A DNA stretch of 57,614 bases, counting the filler, from Sphacelaria rigidula (taxonomy: Eukaryota), in the NCBI GenBank assembly GCA_964200075.2. It is 7 parts of 7 records of this genome, joined end to end, with 100 filler letters (N's around TTAATTAATTAA, not from the genome) between each part and the next. Parts side by side here need not be neighbours in the genome. Positions count along the whole stretch, not along the records: positions 24,736 to 32,880 come from CAXNAA020012131.1; positions 32,981 to 41,125 come from CAXNAA020012132.1; 5 more parts are not named here. One strand, given 5' to 3'. Under the pieces are notes generated by a model. It did no database searches. It saw nothing but the letters and a program-made list of their open reading frames with translations, and was not told the DNA's origin. Both the position numbers and the translations under genes were made by a program. Positions 25,354 through 38,748 of the stretch are shown piece by piece (position 1 is the stretch's first letter; each line of letters starts with the position of its first letter).

Positions 25354-26560
25354 TCATTGAGAATAAGCGGTCCACCCAGACCACGTCGCCGAATATGCAG
25401 ACGGCGCTGTTACAGCCGTCGCAGCAGCAGGGGATGCACCAGACAAGGGTCCTGCCTGGCCGAGGGATTGCGAACTATTCGCTCCAGCACTCCCCACCGA
25501 AGTATTTACATTCCCCACGTATACTGTCCGCCCCGACACGGACGAACCAGAAGATCCAGAGTCACCACCTGATGGCGTAGTGGAAGAAAAAGCAGCGGAG
25601 GAACCACCATCCGCCGCCGATTGCTTGCTACCGCAGCCGCCGCGCCCGCGTCCATGGTTGGCACGGCCTCGTCCACCGTGGCAACCGCCGCGAGATCTTA
25701 ATGAATCCCGCACACACCCTTGAACAGCGCCTTGAGCACAAGGGCTGGGGCAATCCTTGATCAGGTGTCCGTTGTCGCCGCAGTTGTAACATGCTCGCGA
25801 TGACGACGCTCGCGAGGACAGCTGCTGTTCCTGTTGCTGTTGTTGTTTGCCGCGTGCACCACCTGCACTTGCCGCAGAATCGCGCCAGCCATGCGCCTCA
25901 ATGAACTTCCAGTGGTCGGCGGCATCAAATATCTTGTTGACCATCACCGTCGGATTCTTTTTCCAGCCATCTACATATGTCAGTACGCTTTTGACATACG
26001 CCTTAAATTCCGGAGGCGAAATCCTGTCCACCACAGTTGTGGAAACCGACTCGGTCGGGCCTGGCAACCAACTCCTGTCCTCCGCACGGCACATGGCTTG
26101 CACCGTGGGATCTTCAGCGAAAAACGTTCCCATCGATGCGTTAGCCACCATCGCTCAATCTGACGAATGTTCCACCGCTTTTCTGCATTGAAAGCACTCT
26201 ACGCAGGTCTGCTGCAGCCCGCGCAGTACTATGTTTGCCACCGGTTGTGGTGTACCCGGCATTGCTGCTTCAAAGCGTCCACCACTTCCTCGGGGGTCAT
26301 AGCACGACGGTCCTTGTACATGCCTTCAAAGCACCGATGAATTTATGAAGGGGTGAGTTGTCGTGCACTCACCCTAGCATGCCTCACAACTCCTTGTGCA
26401 ATCGCAAGGTGCAAACGCTTTATGTTGTCGAGATATGCGACGTGAAAAAGTCTTGATGCTTCCTCGGTCCACACCTCACCCTACTTTGGCGGGTCCAGCG
26501 GCTCACCCAACACCAGCGGCGCTGCCCCCGCTTCAGCCCTATCGTCTAGGATTCAAACAC
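25354..26560 (-). pseudogene. Gypsy gag of element 2, frameshifted
   Basis: The 265-aa ORF carries a CCHC knuckle. Upstream LDPPK*GEVWTEEASRLF aligns by eye with element 1 LRPPSYGSLYSEGASRSF. Confidence 0.75.
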
Positions 26561-26730
26561 TTCACGGAGAGACTCTTGCCTTACTTGTGCGTCCTCCAGC
26601 CCACGTAGCGTCCTCCCCCGCTGTGCGCTTCAAGTTGGTATCCTCCCGTCTGCGGGGCTGGCTTTCAGCTGCGGCCCCTTCTCCTCGGCCAGACTCCTCC
26701 AACAGAGAGCCGAGAATAATATCTAGATAT

Positions 26731-26984
26731 TGCAGCCTCTGCCAGACGATCTGGACAAGAGGACTTCTAACGAGGTACTCCTCCAGTATCACTGGCCTCG
26801 TGCTCGACAAGTCCTTTCTTATAACTTGTTATTATCTCGGAGTGATCCTCAATAGATCACGAGCCAGACAGCAATGGGCCACACAGAAAAGGGCCGTCAA
26901 TCCAGGATCCTCTGTCCCCTGCCACTGCTCCAATCATGCATGGGATTATTTTGAAACCCTACGGCTTGGTATTATTTGGCTACA
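26731..26984 (-). repeat. 5' LTR of Gypsy element 2 (~254 bp)
   Basis: On the minus strand it runs TGTAGCC...GGCTGCA. It is colinear with 40470-40727, and the homology ends essentially at the TG start. Confidence 0.8.
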
Positions 26985-28025
26985 GACGTCACTCAAACGA
27001 GTAGACTATAATGACCATAAAGAGGTACTACGCGAAAGGTACGTGGTTCGTGATTTTTTGAACCGTCATAAGTTGTACCACTTACTTTTGCTGCAACCAC
27101 CTCATCGAGACGCAATAAATATAGACTGTATCATCTAGATTCTCAAAAACCTTCGCCCGGTTATGGATCATCGCTCCAAAAAACCTTTGGACTTCGTTAT
27201 ATATATGAGGGTTGAGGGCTCAACGGTTTCGCTCCAAGTCGCTCGACAGCTTTAGGTTACGCTCCTCCCGCGCGAACAATGGGTTGTACCACGGACCCTT
27301 GCCGGCATACCACGCAAGCGGGCAACGTCGCGTTGCACGCAGTACCAGAACTTCCGGAACGGGTGTGCTGACGGTGTAGTAGCTACGGAAGTTGTTGTGA
27401 CAGTATTCTTTATTCTTCTACCGTTACCCACCTAGATTTTGCGCCGTTTCGGGTTTTTATGTGAATATTTGGTGCTTGACCAACTGCCACTTCCTCGAGA
27501 TCTCGCGAACTGTTCATTCATCAAAGTGAAATATGATGCAAGTCCCAAGGTTCATTTGACTGTACATCAGTAATACTAGCGTACCTCACCCTTCGAAGTG
27601 GGTCTTACGTTCGCACCGACATTCTATTCTGCTGATCCAATCACAGATCATGCAAACACGTGGTTATGTATATTCTTCATGGTATATGGAAAAAGTCAAA
27701 AATCTCAACATCAGCGCCGAGTGATGGATCGGTGGAGCTTTAGTGGATGGACGTGCTCACCAACCTTAAAGCTGGGCCAGACTAAAGTTCAGCACCCCAT
27801 GCACCCGTGCCCGTCACGAGAAGGGACAGACACAGCAAGTCTAATACGTTGACATGATATCTCGATCACATGAAAGTGATCTCAACTACATGCGCCGTGT
27901 GCTCAGCGGCCGAGCTACAGGGTGAAGCGTTGATGTGCCAATTAGTTCCGAAGGCTAGAGCGAAATCGTTCTCACGTGCCTTTGGACGCGGTTTGTACAA
28001 CAAAATGTGCCCGAGGACCTCTTAC

Positions 28026-28215
28026 CTCGTAGGTTGTTGTGAGATAGCTCAAGGATAACCACACGGCCGATGGAATTGAACAGGATCCCGTACCACGTCC
28101 GAGGGTTGGTCTGTGTATCCCACGAGTTCTTCCACGTGGATCCACCTGTTGCCTGGTGGAGGGCGACCAGTGTCTCAACATCTTTCGCGTGATAGACCGT
28201 TGAGATCTGGTTCAT
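28026..28215 (-). CDS. LRR N-cap exon of a brown-algal LRR/ROCO-type protein (probable first exon)
   Basis: MNQ...DVETLVALHQATGGSTWKNSWDTQTNPRTWYGILFNSIGRVVILELSHNNLR-G ends at a phase-1 G|GTAAG donor. The start codon is uncertain. Confidence 0.8.
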
Positions 28216-30035
28216 CTCACAATCGGTCCGCGCAGGGGCAATAACAACGTTGAGATAGGACAAACGCGGAGAGCACGTATGAAGTTTCGAGAACCCGACT
28301 AGAGAATCCCACCTCCAGTATGAGAAGGTATAACGCGGTGCGGCGTGCACTGTGGAATGGTACTGTCAACACAGGATATAAGAATGCGCACGTACGTCAG
28401 GGGCTGCATGCACGGAGTGGAGCGCGAGTGATACGCTTCACGTGCAAGTTCGGAAATCTGAAGCAGCCATATTTGAGAACGGCTTTGCGGGCAGGCGCCT
28501 GATTTTTCGACGCCTACGGCGCATCACTTGAAAGGTTTGTTTGAATGTATTTGGTAAAAGCATCGCAGAGTGACTACCCCCCCCGAACATCGAAAAACAT
28601 GGTGTAGTGCGTACTGTAGTCCTCCACTGCTGGTCTGTCGCCATTGTTTGAAAATGTTTGAGACATCCGAGGTACATTTGCAGAGCCGGAAAATACCACG
28701 TGCCATGGAAAGAATTCCACCAGATGGGGATGCGGAAGCGATCCCCAAACATTTTTCTCCTCCCCCGAAAAAGACCTGTAGGCCGAGGTATTCGAGGTTT
28801 CCGAACATAAGGGAGGGCACGCTCAAATCGGCACTTGGCGTCGGGTGACCTTTCGACCCGTCCCGTGCTGATTTACTGAGTCAGCAACATGTCCGCATGT
28901 GCATGTGAGATACGACTGCCAGGCTCACGTACCCATCTGCATCTGTTCGAAGAGTTAGTCTTGGCCGTATCGATGACATGTGAACCCTTCGTTCAAAATT
29001 TTTCATTTCGTTATGGCATCCCTGGAAATCAAATACAGAAAGTCTGACAGTGTGCATCAAAGTCACAACGAGCGCACACGCAGAAACGATCATCATGATG
29101 CGCTGCAGTATACCACAGTTGAGTGGGTGCCACTGTGTGGTGCCATCAACAAAGTGATAAGCACAGCACACCAATAATATACCTACTAAATTTGTTTCCA
29201 GATCACCCGATTTTCTTCCTTTCGCAGAACACAGACTTCACGGCTATGTGAAACTCAACGTGCTCAATGTACACTTGCATTGTGCACTACTTCCCTGCGA
29301 CTGATACAAAGTGCTTGGAAAACGTTTTCGTGCTCTCAGTACGTTACCTGACCCAGTAATCCAAACTGACATGTGCCAACGAAGAGCCCATGGTACCAAC
29401 CGAATCGATGTGCCGATGCCAGCGCTGACGTTGCAGACAAGTATCCTACTTTCCCTATACCAAGGGGGCCCTGTGAATCAACGTTTCGTGACATACAGGC
29501 CCCAGAGTTGAAATTCAGTAGGTTGTGGGAAAAGGGGGACGGACGCGTGGTCATACCCACGGTATATTGTATGCCTTCCCAGAACGAAAGATGTGCTCCA
29601 GCGCGAGGCGGAAGGGTGAAATATAGCATTCAAAATTAATAAAAAACATACACAGCAAAAACACTAGCGCCGGGTCGTACAGTGTTGCCAGTTACCTTCC
29701 AAATATGATCCATCCCGCCAGCCGCATATTGATGTATTTTCTACGTTCATCTGCACATTCCTCTATGCCACTAGCTGGTGGTGGAGGCTCGCGTGCAGCA
29801 GTATTCATGTGGATGCTGCCGTTTTACATTATCACAGTGTTGTGTGACTACACACCGCTATAGATGCATCCCCTTATGACTACCCCTTGCTTCATAACAA
29901 GCTCGTCTGCCCAAGGCCCCACATCAACGAGACAACAATGTGACAACACATGGTGAGATTCTGAATGAACCTGCCGGTTTTCGGTTTCTTACTGTGTGTT
30001 CTTCCGATTGGATGACGGCTGATGCCCCATTCTTA

Positions 30036-30203
30036 GGCCGTGTCTTATCGAGACCAAAAAACGAAGCGAGAAAACGAGCAAGCGCCCAAAATCAGCAGGT
30101 CGAATAGTCGCCGCAACCGTAGACCTGTCCGTGGATCAATCAAATGCTGCTTCTAGACGCTTGTTCATTCTCCCATTTTTTTTCCACTCCATAAGACACG
30201 GCC
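30036..30203. mobile_element. Tourist/PIF-Harbinger-like MITE
   Basis: Perfect 13-bp TIR GGCCGTGTCTTAT / ATAAGACACGGCC with a TTA TSD on both sides. Confidence 0.85.
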
Positions 30204-30680
30204 TTATCGCCCCCGGAATCACTCGTAAAACGCAGTCATATTTTATCTAGAAAAGCGTGAGAAGGAAGGAACAATTGCACGAGAACGCGACAGAGGCGGA
30301 CAATCATTGCCACGAGCAGGCAGTTCTGCTCATGGGATGCACAGCGGACTTTCCCGTAATGCGTGTTCAGACCGTGTGCTTTGAGGACTGCACCAGAGTT
30401 TGAACACCCCGGGACCGCTGGAATCTAATGGGAGCAGGGATCGCGCCCTGAGCACACTGGAGCCGCGTATTTGTCGAGCCGGGGGTAGCGGAGCCAGGTG
30501 AGGTGACTGGAGCGACACGGTGACGATGCAGTGTGCCCCGAAAGGGAGAAGGGCAAGGATTTCAAAACTATACAGATGGGCGTTTGGCTACCCCCTGTGG
30601 TGACCCTGTAGTGACCTTGTACAGGGCATTTAACCCTGCCAGTGTGGCGTGACAGGACCGTGTCGGTATAAACACCTTGA

Positions 30681-31092
30681 CAGGGTTTGACGGTGATCCC
30701 TTGTACATTTCGAGGCCTTATTCAGGGTAGTGTTTTAATACCTTGCGGAAGCGTCGACCTTGACAGGGTGGTGTTCCCATACCCTGGGCAAGCATCCACG
30801 TTCCCAAGGTGATGTTCCGACACCTTGAACATTCCGATACCTTCTACAGGGTAGTGTTTCAATACCTTGCGGAAGCGTCGACCTTGAAAGGGTGATGTTT
30901 TTATACCCTGGGCAAGCATCCACTTTAGCAAGGCTATGTTTCGACACCTCGTACAATGAACCACCTCGACCGGGTAATGTTTCGGTACCTTGTGCCAAGG
31001 CTTACCTTGATAGGGTAATGTTTCGATACCCTGGGTAAGCACCGATCTCGGCAGGGTACTGTTTCGAAACCTCGCGCGAGGGTCCAAGTCGT
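30681..31092. repeat. Phased array of ten 41-42 bp units, probably CACTA-like subterminal repeats
   Basis: Unit starts are 30681, 30723, 30764, 30805, 30847, 30888, 30929, 30970, 31011 and 31052. The core is AGGGTRRTGTTTCGATACCYTG. Confidence 0.8.
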
Positions 31093-32880
31093 GCCAAGGC
31101 GTCAACATCCGCCTAGCCCTCTTTTCAGGCGTAAAACGACGGACAAGGGCCAAAAGGGCAGCTTTGAACAGAAATTTTGAACAGATCCAATTCGAGTCGG
31201 TCTAGATCAAACCAACGGGTGAGGCCTGTCGGGTTTTCCTCGCTGACATATCGCAACCAGCTTCACACGTTTGTTAGAAAATGTCCGTGAACGGTTTTTT
31301 GGCGCATGGTCACGAAGGCTGACGCCAGTGGCAGTTCAGCCAAGCGGGCAGATATTCAGCGCTAGGAGTGTAGACAGAAGATAGTGTCATAGAGGTACCG
31401 CTTGTGGGCAAGACAGTCCAGAACAACCCGAGGACGACAAACAAAGGGAGGCTACCGGGCATCTTTCCCACTGTAGACCGAGATATCAGAAGTAGTACCG
31501 GCGATTTACAATTCTATTATATCCACCGTTGTACTTGTCCGACGATCGCATACAAAACAAAACGTTTCGAAGCCTTGACTGAATGAGTTCCAAAGCGATT
31601 TTTCCTAACAATGTTACACAAGATTTATGATGTTACAGGACGGTAAAAACATACAACTTGACAAAAAGACCGCCACTCACATGTCGGATGTATAACAATA
31701 TGACAGATCTTGCAGCATCTATTTCGTCGAAAATGACCGAGCCCTCAGTTGTGCCGAAGCTCTGTGTAGGCTCGCTATCGCACAAGAATTCTGAGCATTC
31801 TTATGACCTAGCTATGGGGATAGGCCAAGCCGCTGTACGCAGCTAGTTCTCTCCGGCGAATTTCTCCCGAGCGATGACGGTGGGATGAGAGCAGCTGGAG
31901 CACAGCGTTAACCACAATGTATGCGCATACATGCATGTTTGCGGAAAACAGATGTGTACAGTACAAACCGCTTGTACGAGCAGTACAGAATATAACCGTA
32001 CAACCTGCTTGTGGTCCGAACTGTTGAAGGGGCTCACGAAACTTGTTAGGTATACAGCGCGCGCATCGCGTGAACTCCAACTGAGCCCGCTGCTGAAAAG
32101 CTTCGCCCCTGTGCGATTGGCAGCATCTTGAAAATACACCAACCACCATAGGATGCATCCGATACCGAGCTTGACGCGTCCTCATTGAACAAGTCGCGGC
32201 ACAGTTATGGGTGCGCCTGACCCCACAAAATGGGCAAAAAAGTGTCACCGACCAAAATCACGAGCATATCGACTTTTGGGGCTTATCCAGGCTCTTCGGG
32301 TAAAATATGCCTGATGTCATCGGAAAAAAACGGCATGGATCCAAAATTCCCATTCTAAAATCAGAACCCTGCCGTTACTTCCGTTGTTCGACATAAATTG
32401 AATGCCACTGCCTCGCTTTTCGTCCACGCTTGCGATGCGCTGGAATGCCTGAAGGCTAGTTGGGTTGACCCAAGCCAACGCACACCGAGAACCCTCGGGC
32501 GAGAGCAGTACACACATTTCCTAAACAAAGTGAGGTCTTGGTAGACCCCAAACCGGCGCCTGTGGCGCCGATTTCAACGAAAACATTGTCTGCGCACACG
32601 AGGAGCACACAGCGGGACGGTCAGTCCTACTTGAATTCCGATTCTCGCTGTACACACTCAAATAAAGTAATACCAACCATGACCATTTGGAGACAGACGC
32701 CGGATATTGAAACGAGAACGCTGAACCATTTGTTTTTGGGAACGCGGATCGAATTGGCGCACCACATGTGCTCAACATGCGACAGAGCCATATGTACTGA
32801 TGAACTTGAACGAGGACGGCCCCAACACAGACGAGTGGACTACAGTCGCCGGGTGTGTGATATGGGCTGAGCGAATGTTG

Positions 32881-32980
32881 NNNNNNNNNNNNNNNNNNNN
32901 NNNNNNNNNNNNNNNNNNNNNNNNTTAATTAATTAANNNNNNNNNNNNNNNNNNNNNNNNNNNNNNNNNNNNNNNNNNNN
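32881..32980. other. Artificial 100-nt contig linker
   Basis: N-run containing TTAATTAATTAA. Confidence 0.97.
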
Positions 32981-35900
32981 AATGTGTCGGTATCGTCCTC
33001 GCGTGGTGCCAAGTAAATGGATACGTTTGGAAGCATCATCCCCACACGGGACAAAAGGACGTCCTGTTTGCGCCAGTTTCTAATTTGAAGTTGTTGAAAT
33101 TCGCCCAGCTGTACTGAAGCGCCCGATTTATCGACTGTAACCTGCCCCATTAACTCTTGCGATCACCCGTACCCTTCGCCGCTGCCCCCGATCAATCATT
33201 TCCGCAGGATCATGCAGAAGACGTGCAAGACGCATCCCTTTCAAGTGTCGACGCTCGGCGTGACATCAAATTGCGCAGAGTCAGCGATTTGTGTAGGCCA
33301 CGTACTGTCCCTCAAGGAGGAGAGCACGGATGGGGTAGAGGTGGAGCAGGAGCGGTGATCTTGGAGTCTACCGAGACCCAGCGTCCGGTGTTCGTTGTAC
33401 CGTTGATTGCTGTTCAGCACAGCATGACGTTTTGTTTTTGGTTGGCCAGTTCCAAGTGCTCCCGGGATTTTGCAGCCAACTTGCTGATGCGGTAGTATTT
33501 GTTTTCCCGTGTTGATGGCTTATGAGCTATTCTTGATGGGTCCTTCGGCACACGTTTCGAGTGCATTTCCGGAAATCCGATGCGGTTGACGAGAGTCCCT
33601 GGCAAAACCGATTTGCTGCAGCTCATAGACGGAAGGCGCTCCATTGGCTTCGTGCAAGATAATTTGTTATGATCCGCTGCCATCGAGGGTGAGATCATGG
33701 GACAGAATCCAGGGTCCCACCACGTTTTGCGACTTTTCTCGGCACAAAAAGGCGGGATATCAGCAGTCATATCACAAGCGATGACTTGCGCTTTCAAAAA
33801 CAACGACGGAAACTGCGGCGTAATTGTTGAACAGAAAAGTGATTTCAAGATATCCACGAGTCCCAAGTCCACACGACGAATGGTGGCATCAACTGCATTT
33901 GCGAATGAATTCGGGCACAACCTGGCTAAATCGTATCTTTTACTCGACCCGCACGACTCACACTACTTTGGAGACATCTTGAACGGTGCATTTTCCCACA
34001 AATACGACCTGTGGGCCAGCGCGCAACATTGTCTAACATTATTCTGCCATCATTCCATTCAGGCAACGGGTGGCAGGAATGTTCCAACATGCCACACATG
34101 TAAAATTTTCGTCTCATTATCGGAACCGGCGAAGCGAGACATGTTATGAATAAGACCACACTCTCAATCGCACTTTCAACGCTCGATAAAAGGAAAACAT
34201 TGTTAGGTTTATCGGCAGGATTTTGCACCAATGTGCGAGGTAAGCGTTTTGTCAATTAATGACGCGGGCACACCCGGCCGCTGAAAGCCATGAAAAGCCT
34301 GCTCTCAATCGTATCGTAGACTCTCAATCCCACGGAAATATTGTTTTATATGGGCTGATTCCTCATGAATATTGAAAGCGAATCATATACTAAAGGGTCA
34401 TCCGGTATGAATCACGGTTGATAAGGTTCTACGTTTGAACTCTTTCCGCACAACTCACGAACTGGAGATGTGTTCACGCCAAGTAGTTCCACACGAATCA
34501 AGAGTGCAAAGTATGTACGAATGACAAATTCTATATGAATGACTGACGGGGAACATGTACACTTGATTATGTTGCATGCGTCACAGGTGGAGAATATTTA
34601 CTTTTGATTGAAAGTGCCGTCGAAGCCAGTAACAGTCGTATACGATAAGAAGACCGACGAAGGGATTTGAACTTTTACACTCTCTGCGAAACGCAGGCGG
34701 ATCGCAAAGTGCTCTTTCCAGTTAAGCTACGTGGGTAGCATTGAGTGGACAGGACAGAGCTTGATTGAGCTTGACAGACAGAGTGGAGGCGAAGAGAAGA
34801 ATAGTGGTTGTGGTTGTTGTGCGATGAGGTGGGGATGATCTGCGATCTATCCATGCAGCTCATCTCAGACAAAAAGACATGGCTCAAGGGACTATGTACC
34901 GACAGACATTGGCCTGGAGTTCATTTCAACGTGTAGATCACCTTGGGTTTGGTGTGTACAACGTTTTGTGACTCGTGGGCATATTCGGTCTGATATTGTC
35001 CCGATATTTCGAGACAAATAGACCATCCTCCAAAGATCTAGTGGACGTCTGAGGAACCTTCTTCAGTGCTAGAACGTTTCGATGAATAGAACCAATAAAA
35101 GGTTCTTGGACAGAACTATATGGTATGATGGGTTCTCACAAGTGTGATTCACAGTTGAAGGTGGGGAAAATGTGCGAGTGATTCGTTTCCGTATGAAAGA
35201 AAATTGGGGGGCATATACGCTTGATTCACATGAAGTAGTATCTACGTACCCCATGATCATGCTGCATGAATGGAAATTTTAAGATATGTACGCTTGATTC
35301 ACCTCGTATAAGTGGAGGGTGGAAAAGACATGCGTATGATCCATGCTGCATGAATGGAAGGTTTAGGTTTCGTGCTACCGTTTGCTGCCCGCTATGGAGA
35401 TTATACATCACTTTGCTGTTCTGTTCTCTGTACTTTGTGCCCGTGAGTGGGGCCCGATTTTGGGCACTATATACCGGGAAAATGGACCGAACAACTATAC
35501 AGTTAGTTGAATTCACAATAAATGAAACCTAAACGAGTCAATCGGTATCAATCACAAGTACACTCATACAAAATGTACATCCTACAACAACCCTGTGACC
35601 GACGTGCTGAATACCTGTACACAGGGTTATAACAACAGGAGGATAGAAGATGCTGCTCGTGTTGTTGTCGTGCTCCTCATGTTGCAGTATGTTGTTGTGC
35701 ATATCTTTCGACCTAGTTTTCTCGGCAACGAAGCAGAGGATTGGACGGCGATTTGATGTGTACGCTTCCCACACAAGAGAACTAGTCAGTGTGGCGGCGG
35801 ATTTCTGTAACGGGTGCCGCAGAGGCCGCATCACTTTGCAAACCGCTGTACCAAACACTAAAAACACGTTTCCTTCAACATTCTGGGACTCTTTGGGTCC

Positions 35901-36073
35901 GCTGTGGCGAATTGAGCGACTCCGCCGCTACACTGACTAGGTGTAGTGTATGTGCGGGGAGCTTTGAAGTGCCACAGGCCGGTTTGCTCCTTGTCTCGAG
36001 AAAACATTGAAAATACTTGTACATATGCACAGAACAAACACTGGTCAACCCTCTCGACTGCGGGTCGAAATAC

Positions 36074-36111
36074 ATATATATATATATATCTATATATATA
36101 TATGTTAGCAG

Positions 36112-36145
<34 letters not shown>

Positions 36146-36152
36146 CGTTGTC
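36074..36152. repeat. Compound microsatellite (TA)n + (GTT)n
   Basis: Directly visible in the sequence. Confidence 0.9.
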
Positions 36153-38283
36153 GTACCGACTGCAATGAAAGGGTCTCTCACTATTGAAAGCAGAATGTGA
36201 AGATAAAAGGGGACATAGCTGATTCGAAGAACTACCCCTGGCATCGCGAGGACATCAAGGGAACCTCTGAGGACGTGTATTTTATCGAAACAAAAAAGAA
36301 GCAAAAATAGCGAAAAGAAGCGAGACATATATTTTTCTTTTTGGCGTTATTTGACGTTGAGGGGAACATGAATCGTTGGTGTGATGACCCTTGGTGTGGT
36401 ACACGCCTGTCGCAGAGCCCGAACCTGAGGCACAAGCACAAATCAGCGTCTGATCGCACTGTCCCAAGCATATACACAGTGCATAGCTTGAGCCGTAGGT
36501 GCTGATGAATAAAGTAAGGCGTTTTTGGATTGGGGTGAGTCGTCTCAAAGCTGGTTGGAGGCACAATGATTCCTGTTAGACGCGCGCCGTACAACACACG
36601 TACAGTCACCGAACTCCGTCGTGAGCAACTTTGTGGCACAAGCATGGTCGCCCTTCTTCCACTACTGAACAGATGATCGACACAGTGTATAGATGAGCAA
36701 AAGCTAGCGCTACGAGTGATGCGCTTGCTTGTGCTGTAGGCTTATGTGTGTAATTGTTCGGGGTCGGTTGTGTAGGCGTAAGGTGTTTCAGTCGCGCTCG
36801 TTGGGATTTCCAGAAGTGTTGCCGACTGCGTCCAGCAGCGAGGGAGACGCCGCTCTTCCTAAGAACGGGTTGTTGTGGGCTACCGGACACGTGTTTTTGC
36901 CCGCTTCTTTCATTCGGCTTCCTCTACTTTTTTGTCTCAACGAGTAACGGCCTGAGCCACACTCGATAACGGGTGCGGGGTCCCACGTAGGATTTATATG
37001 AGAAGTACACATTTTGTGGTTCAAATCACGTATGGCACGATACGAGTGATGTGCTGTGCGCACGGCACGGTAACAGCGCATCGCCGTACTTCTCCCTTAG
37101 TATTAATAGGGGAATAATTATGATTTGGTAACACCGTAATACGGTACGGTGCTGGAATTCCCAGGTTTATGCATAGTTGCGGTTAACCCTTCGGCCGCGA
37201 TCCCTCCTCAGATAGGCTCAGATGCCACATTTGGGGTTTGTTGACAGCTGTTTTTTCACTACACAAGCCATTTTATTCATGAACATGTGGATGTTGGGCA
37301 TATATACATGGAAATCAGTATCGGAGAACCCGTCACCGGTTTTGAGCCTGCAGTCAAGTGCGTGCAGAGTCAGCATGTATGTCTTCGCTGAGCAATCGTC
37401 GGTTTTCGTGAGTACATGCATCTTATGCTGGCAGTCGCAACTGCTGCGATGTATGCCAACGACATAATTCTCTCCTCTTCTCCATGCTTTTGCAGCAGTG
37501 CGGATACTTTCGGGGAAGGACTGTCACACCTTGAGCGTGTGATATCACACGCATGTCGCATCGTCCCAACTGCACTTACTTTTTTGTTGTCTGTGCTGCT
37601 GCTACTCTACCGTACATACATCATGCGAACGTTTTCATCGCGGGTGGCTGGATACAACGACAAGAAATAGTCAGCGTGCAATCGCTTCCCACTGAACATA
37701 GTCTAATGCACGCTGCTGATGTCTCTGCTTGGTGTTCCGCAACAAGACGTCAGACAGTGTGAAGCTTAGCTCGCAGCACAAGAGGGATCAGGCAGGCGAT
37801 AAAGACCACGAGCAGCGTGAAAAGCGCGTTGCTTTCCGGTATTATCTTTGGCTAAATGGTCAGGACCAAAAACCGTCAACTACAGCTGGACCGCGAGGTG
37901 GTCCATGTAGAGTCCATGTAGGGTGTGACGAAGTACGATTCTGACCAATCACAGCTATCAAAATGGGCACGTCCCTCCTCTCGGGGTTTGTTCCCGGCTG
38001 ACGAGTAGTGTTTTCCGTGGAAAACTTCGAAACACACATGGTTGAGTTCGTGAGCTTTCCGGCTGTTCAGCGAATAGGCACCCCCCCCTTCAAGAAGCCA
38101 ACCCCCCGCCCCCTGGGAACCCCCGGATGTTCCATACGTCACATAAACCGCGGGAAACGTTACTAGGAACGTTACGAGCAAGACGTGTCGAGCAAAGCCC
38201 TGTTTGTTCCGGATAGTGTCCATAATACCCCTCCCCCCCCCCCCATGCGCGTGCGCCGTCGTTGAATAAATTGAAATAAACAG

Positions 38284-38748
38284 TTACTAAAGTGGCTCAG
38301 TGCAAACGGATGTCCGTGGGATCACAACACGTGCGGCATGGCAGCTGAGGGAGGCCACCTCGAGCTCCTCAAGTGGGCGAGACGGCACGGCGCACCGTGG
38401 AACTACCAGACGTGTGGGATGGCCGCGAGCGGAGGACACCTCCAGGTCCTAGCATGGCTGAGGGACAACGGCTGCCCGTGGGGATATCGCACGTGTCGGC
38501 GTGCCGCCAAGACGGGCCGACTAGACGTCTTCCATTGGGCTTTGGAAAATGGCTACTTGTGCGGTGATAGCTTGACGTGTACCGTGGCGGCGGAGGGCGG
38601 GCATCTGCACGTTTTGAAGTGGGCTAGGGCGAACGGTTGCGAGTGGGGTGTGTCCACCTTAAGCCGGGCGGCGAAGAACGGGCATTTCGAGGTGGTCAAA
38701 TGGGCAAGGGAGAATGGGTGCCCTTGGGACGAACTGACGTGTGTTCGG
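38284..38748 (+). CDS. Ankyrin-repeat protein (GCPW-type repeats), penultimate exon
   Basis: CAG| acceptor, 155 codons of AAxGGHLxxLKWARxNGCPW repeats, and a phase-0 donor CGG|GTAAGA. Confidence 0.9.

Larger units (their letters stand above)
24736..26984 (-). mobile_element. Gypsy element 2 (5' LTR, gag, protease), cut by the contig edge
   Basis: Knuckle CYNCGDNGHLIKDC (25791-25750) and protease VILDSG (~25200-25183). MPGRDSVVLFG and DEAVERLV are homologous to element 1 (MPGTDGVVLLG, DEAVERLV). Confidence 0.88.

Noticed and set aside
19545-26984. Tail-to-tail Gypsy pair as a composite element
   Set aside because: The two elements lie on different contigs joined by an artificial linker.
30681-31092. 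CRISPR array call
   Set aside because: The repeats are degenerate, the ~20-nt spacers recur with three-unit periodicity, no cas genes are present and the context is eukaryotic.
35858-36328. Poly-Q/poly-T/poly-V ORFs
   Set aside because: These are translations of the (GTT)n and (TA)n microsatellites.
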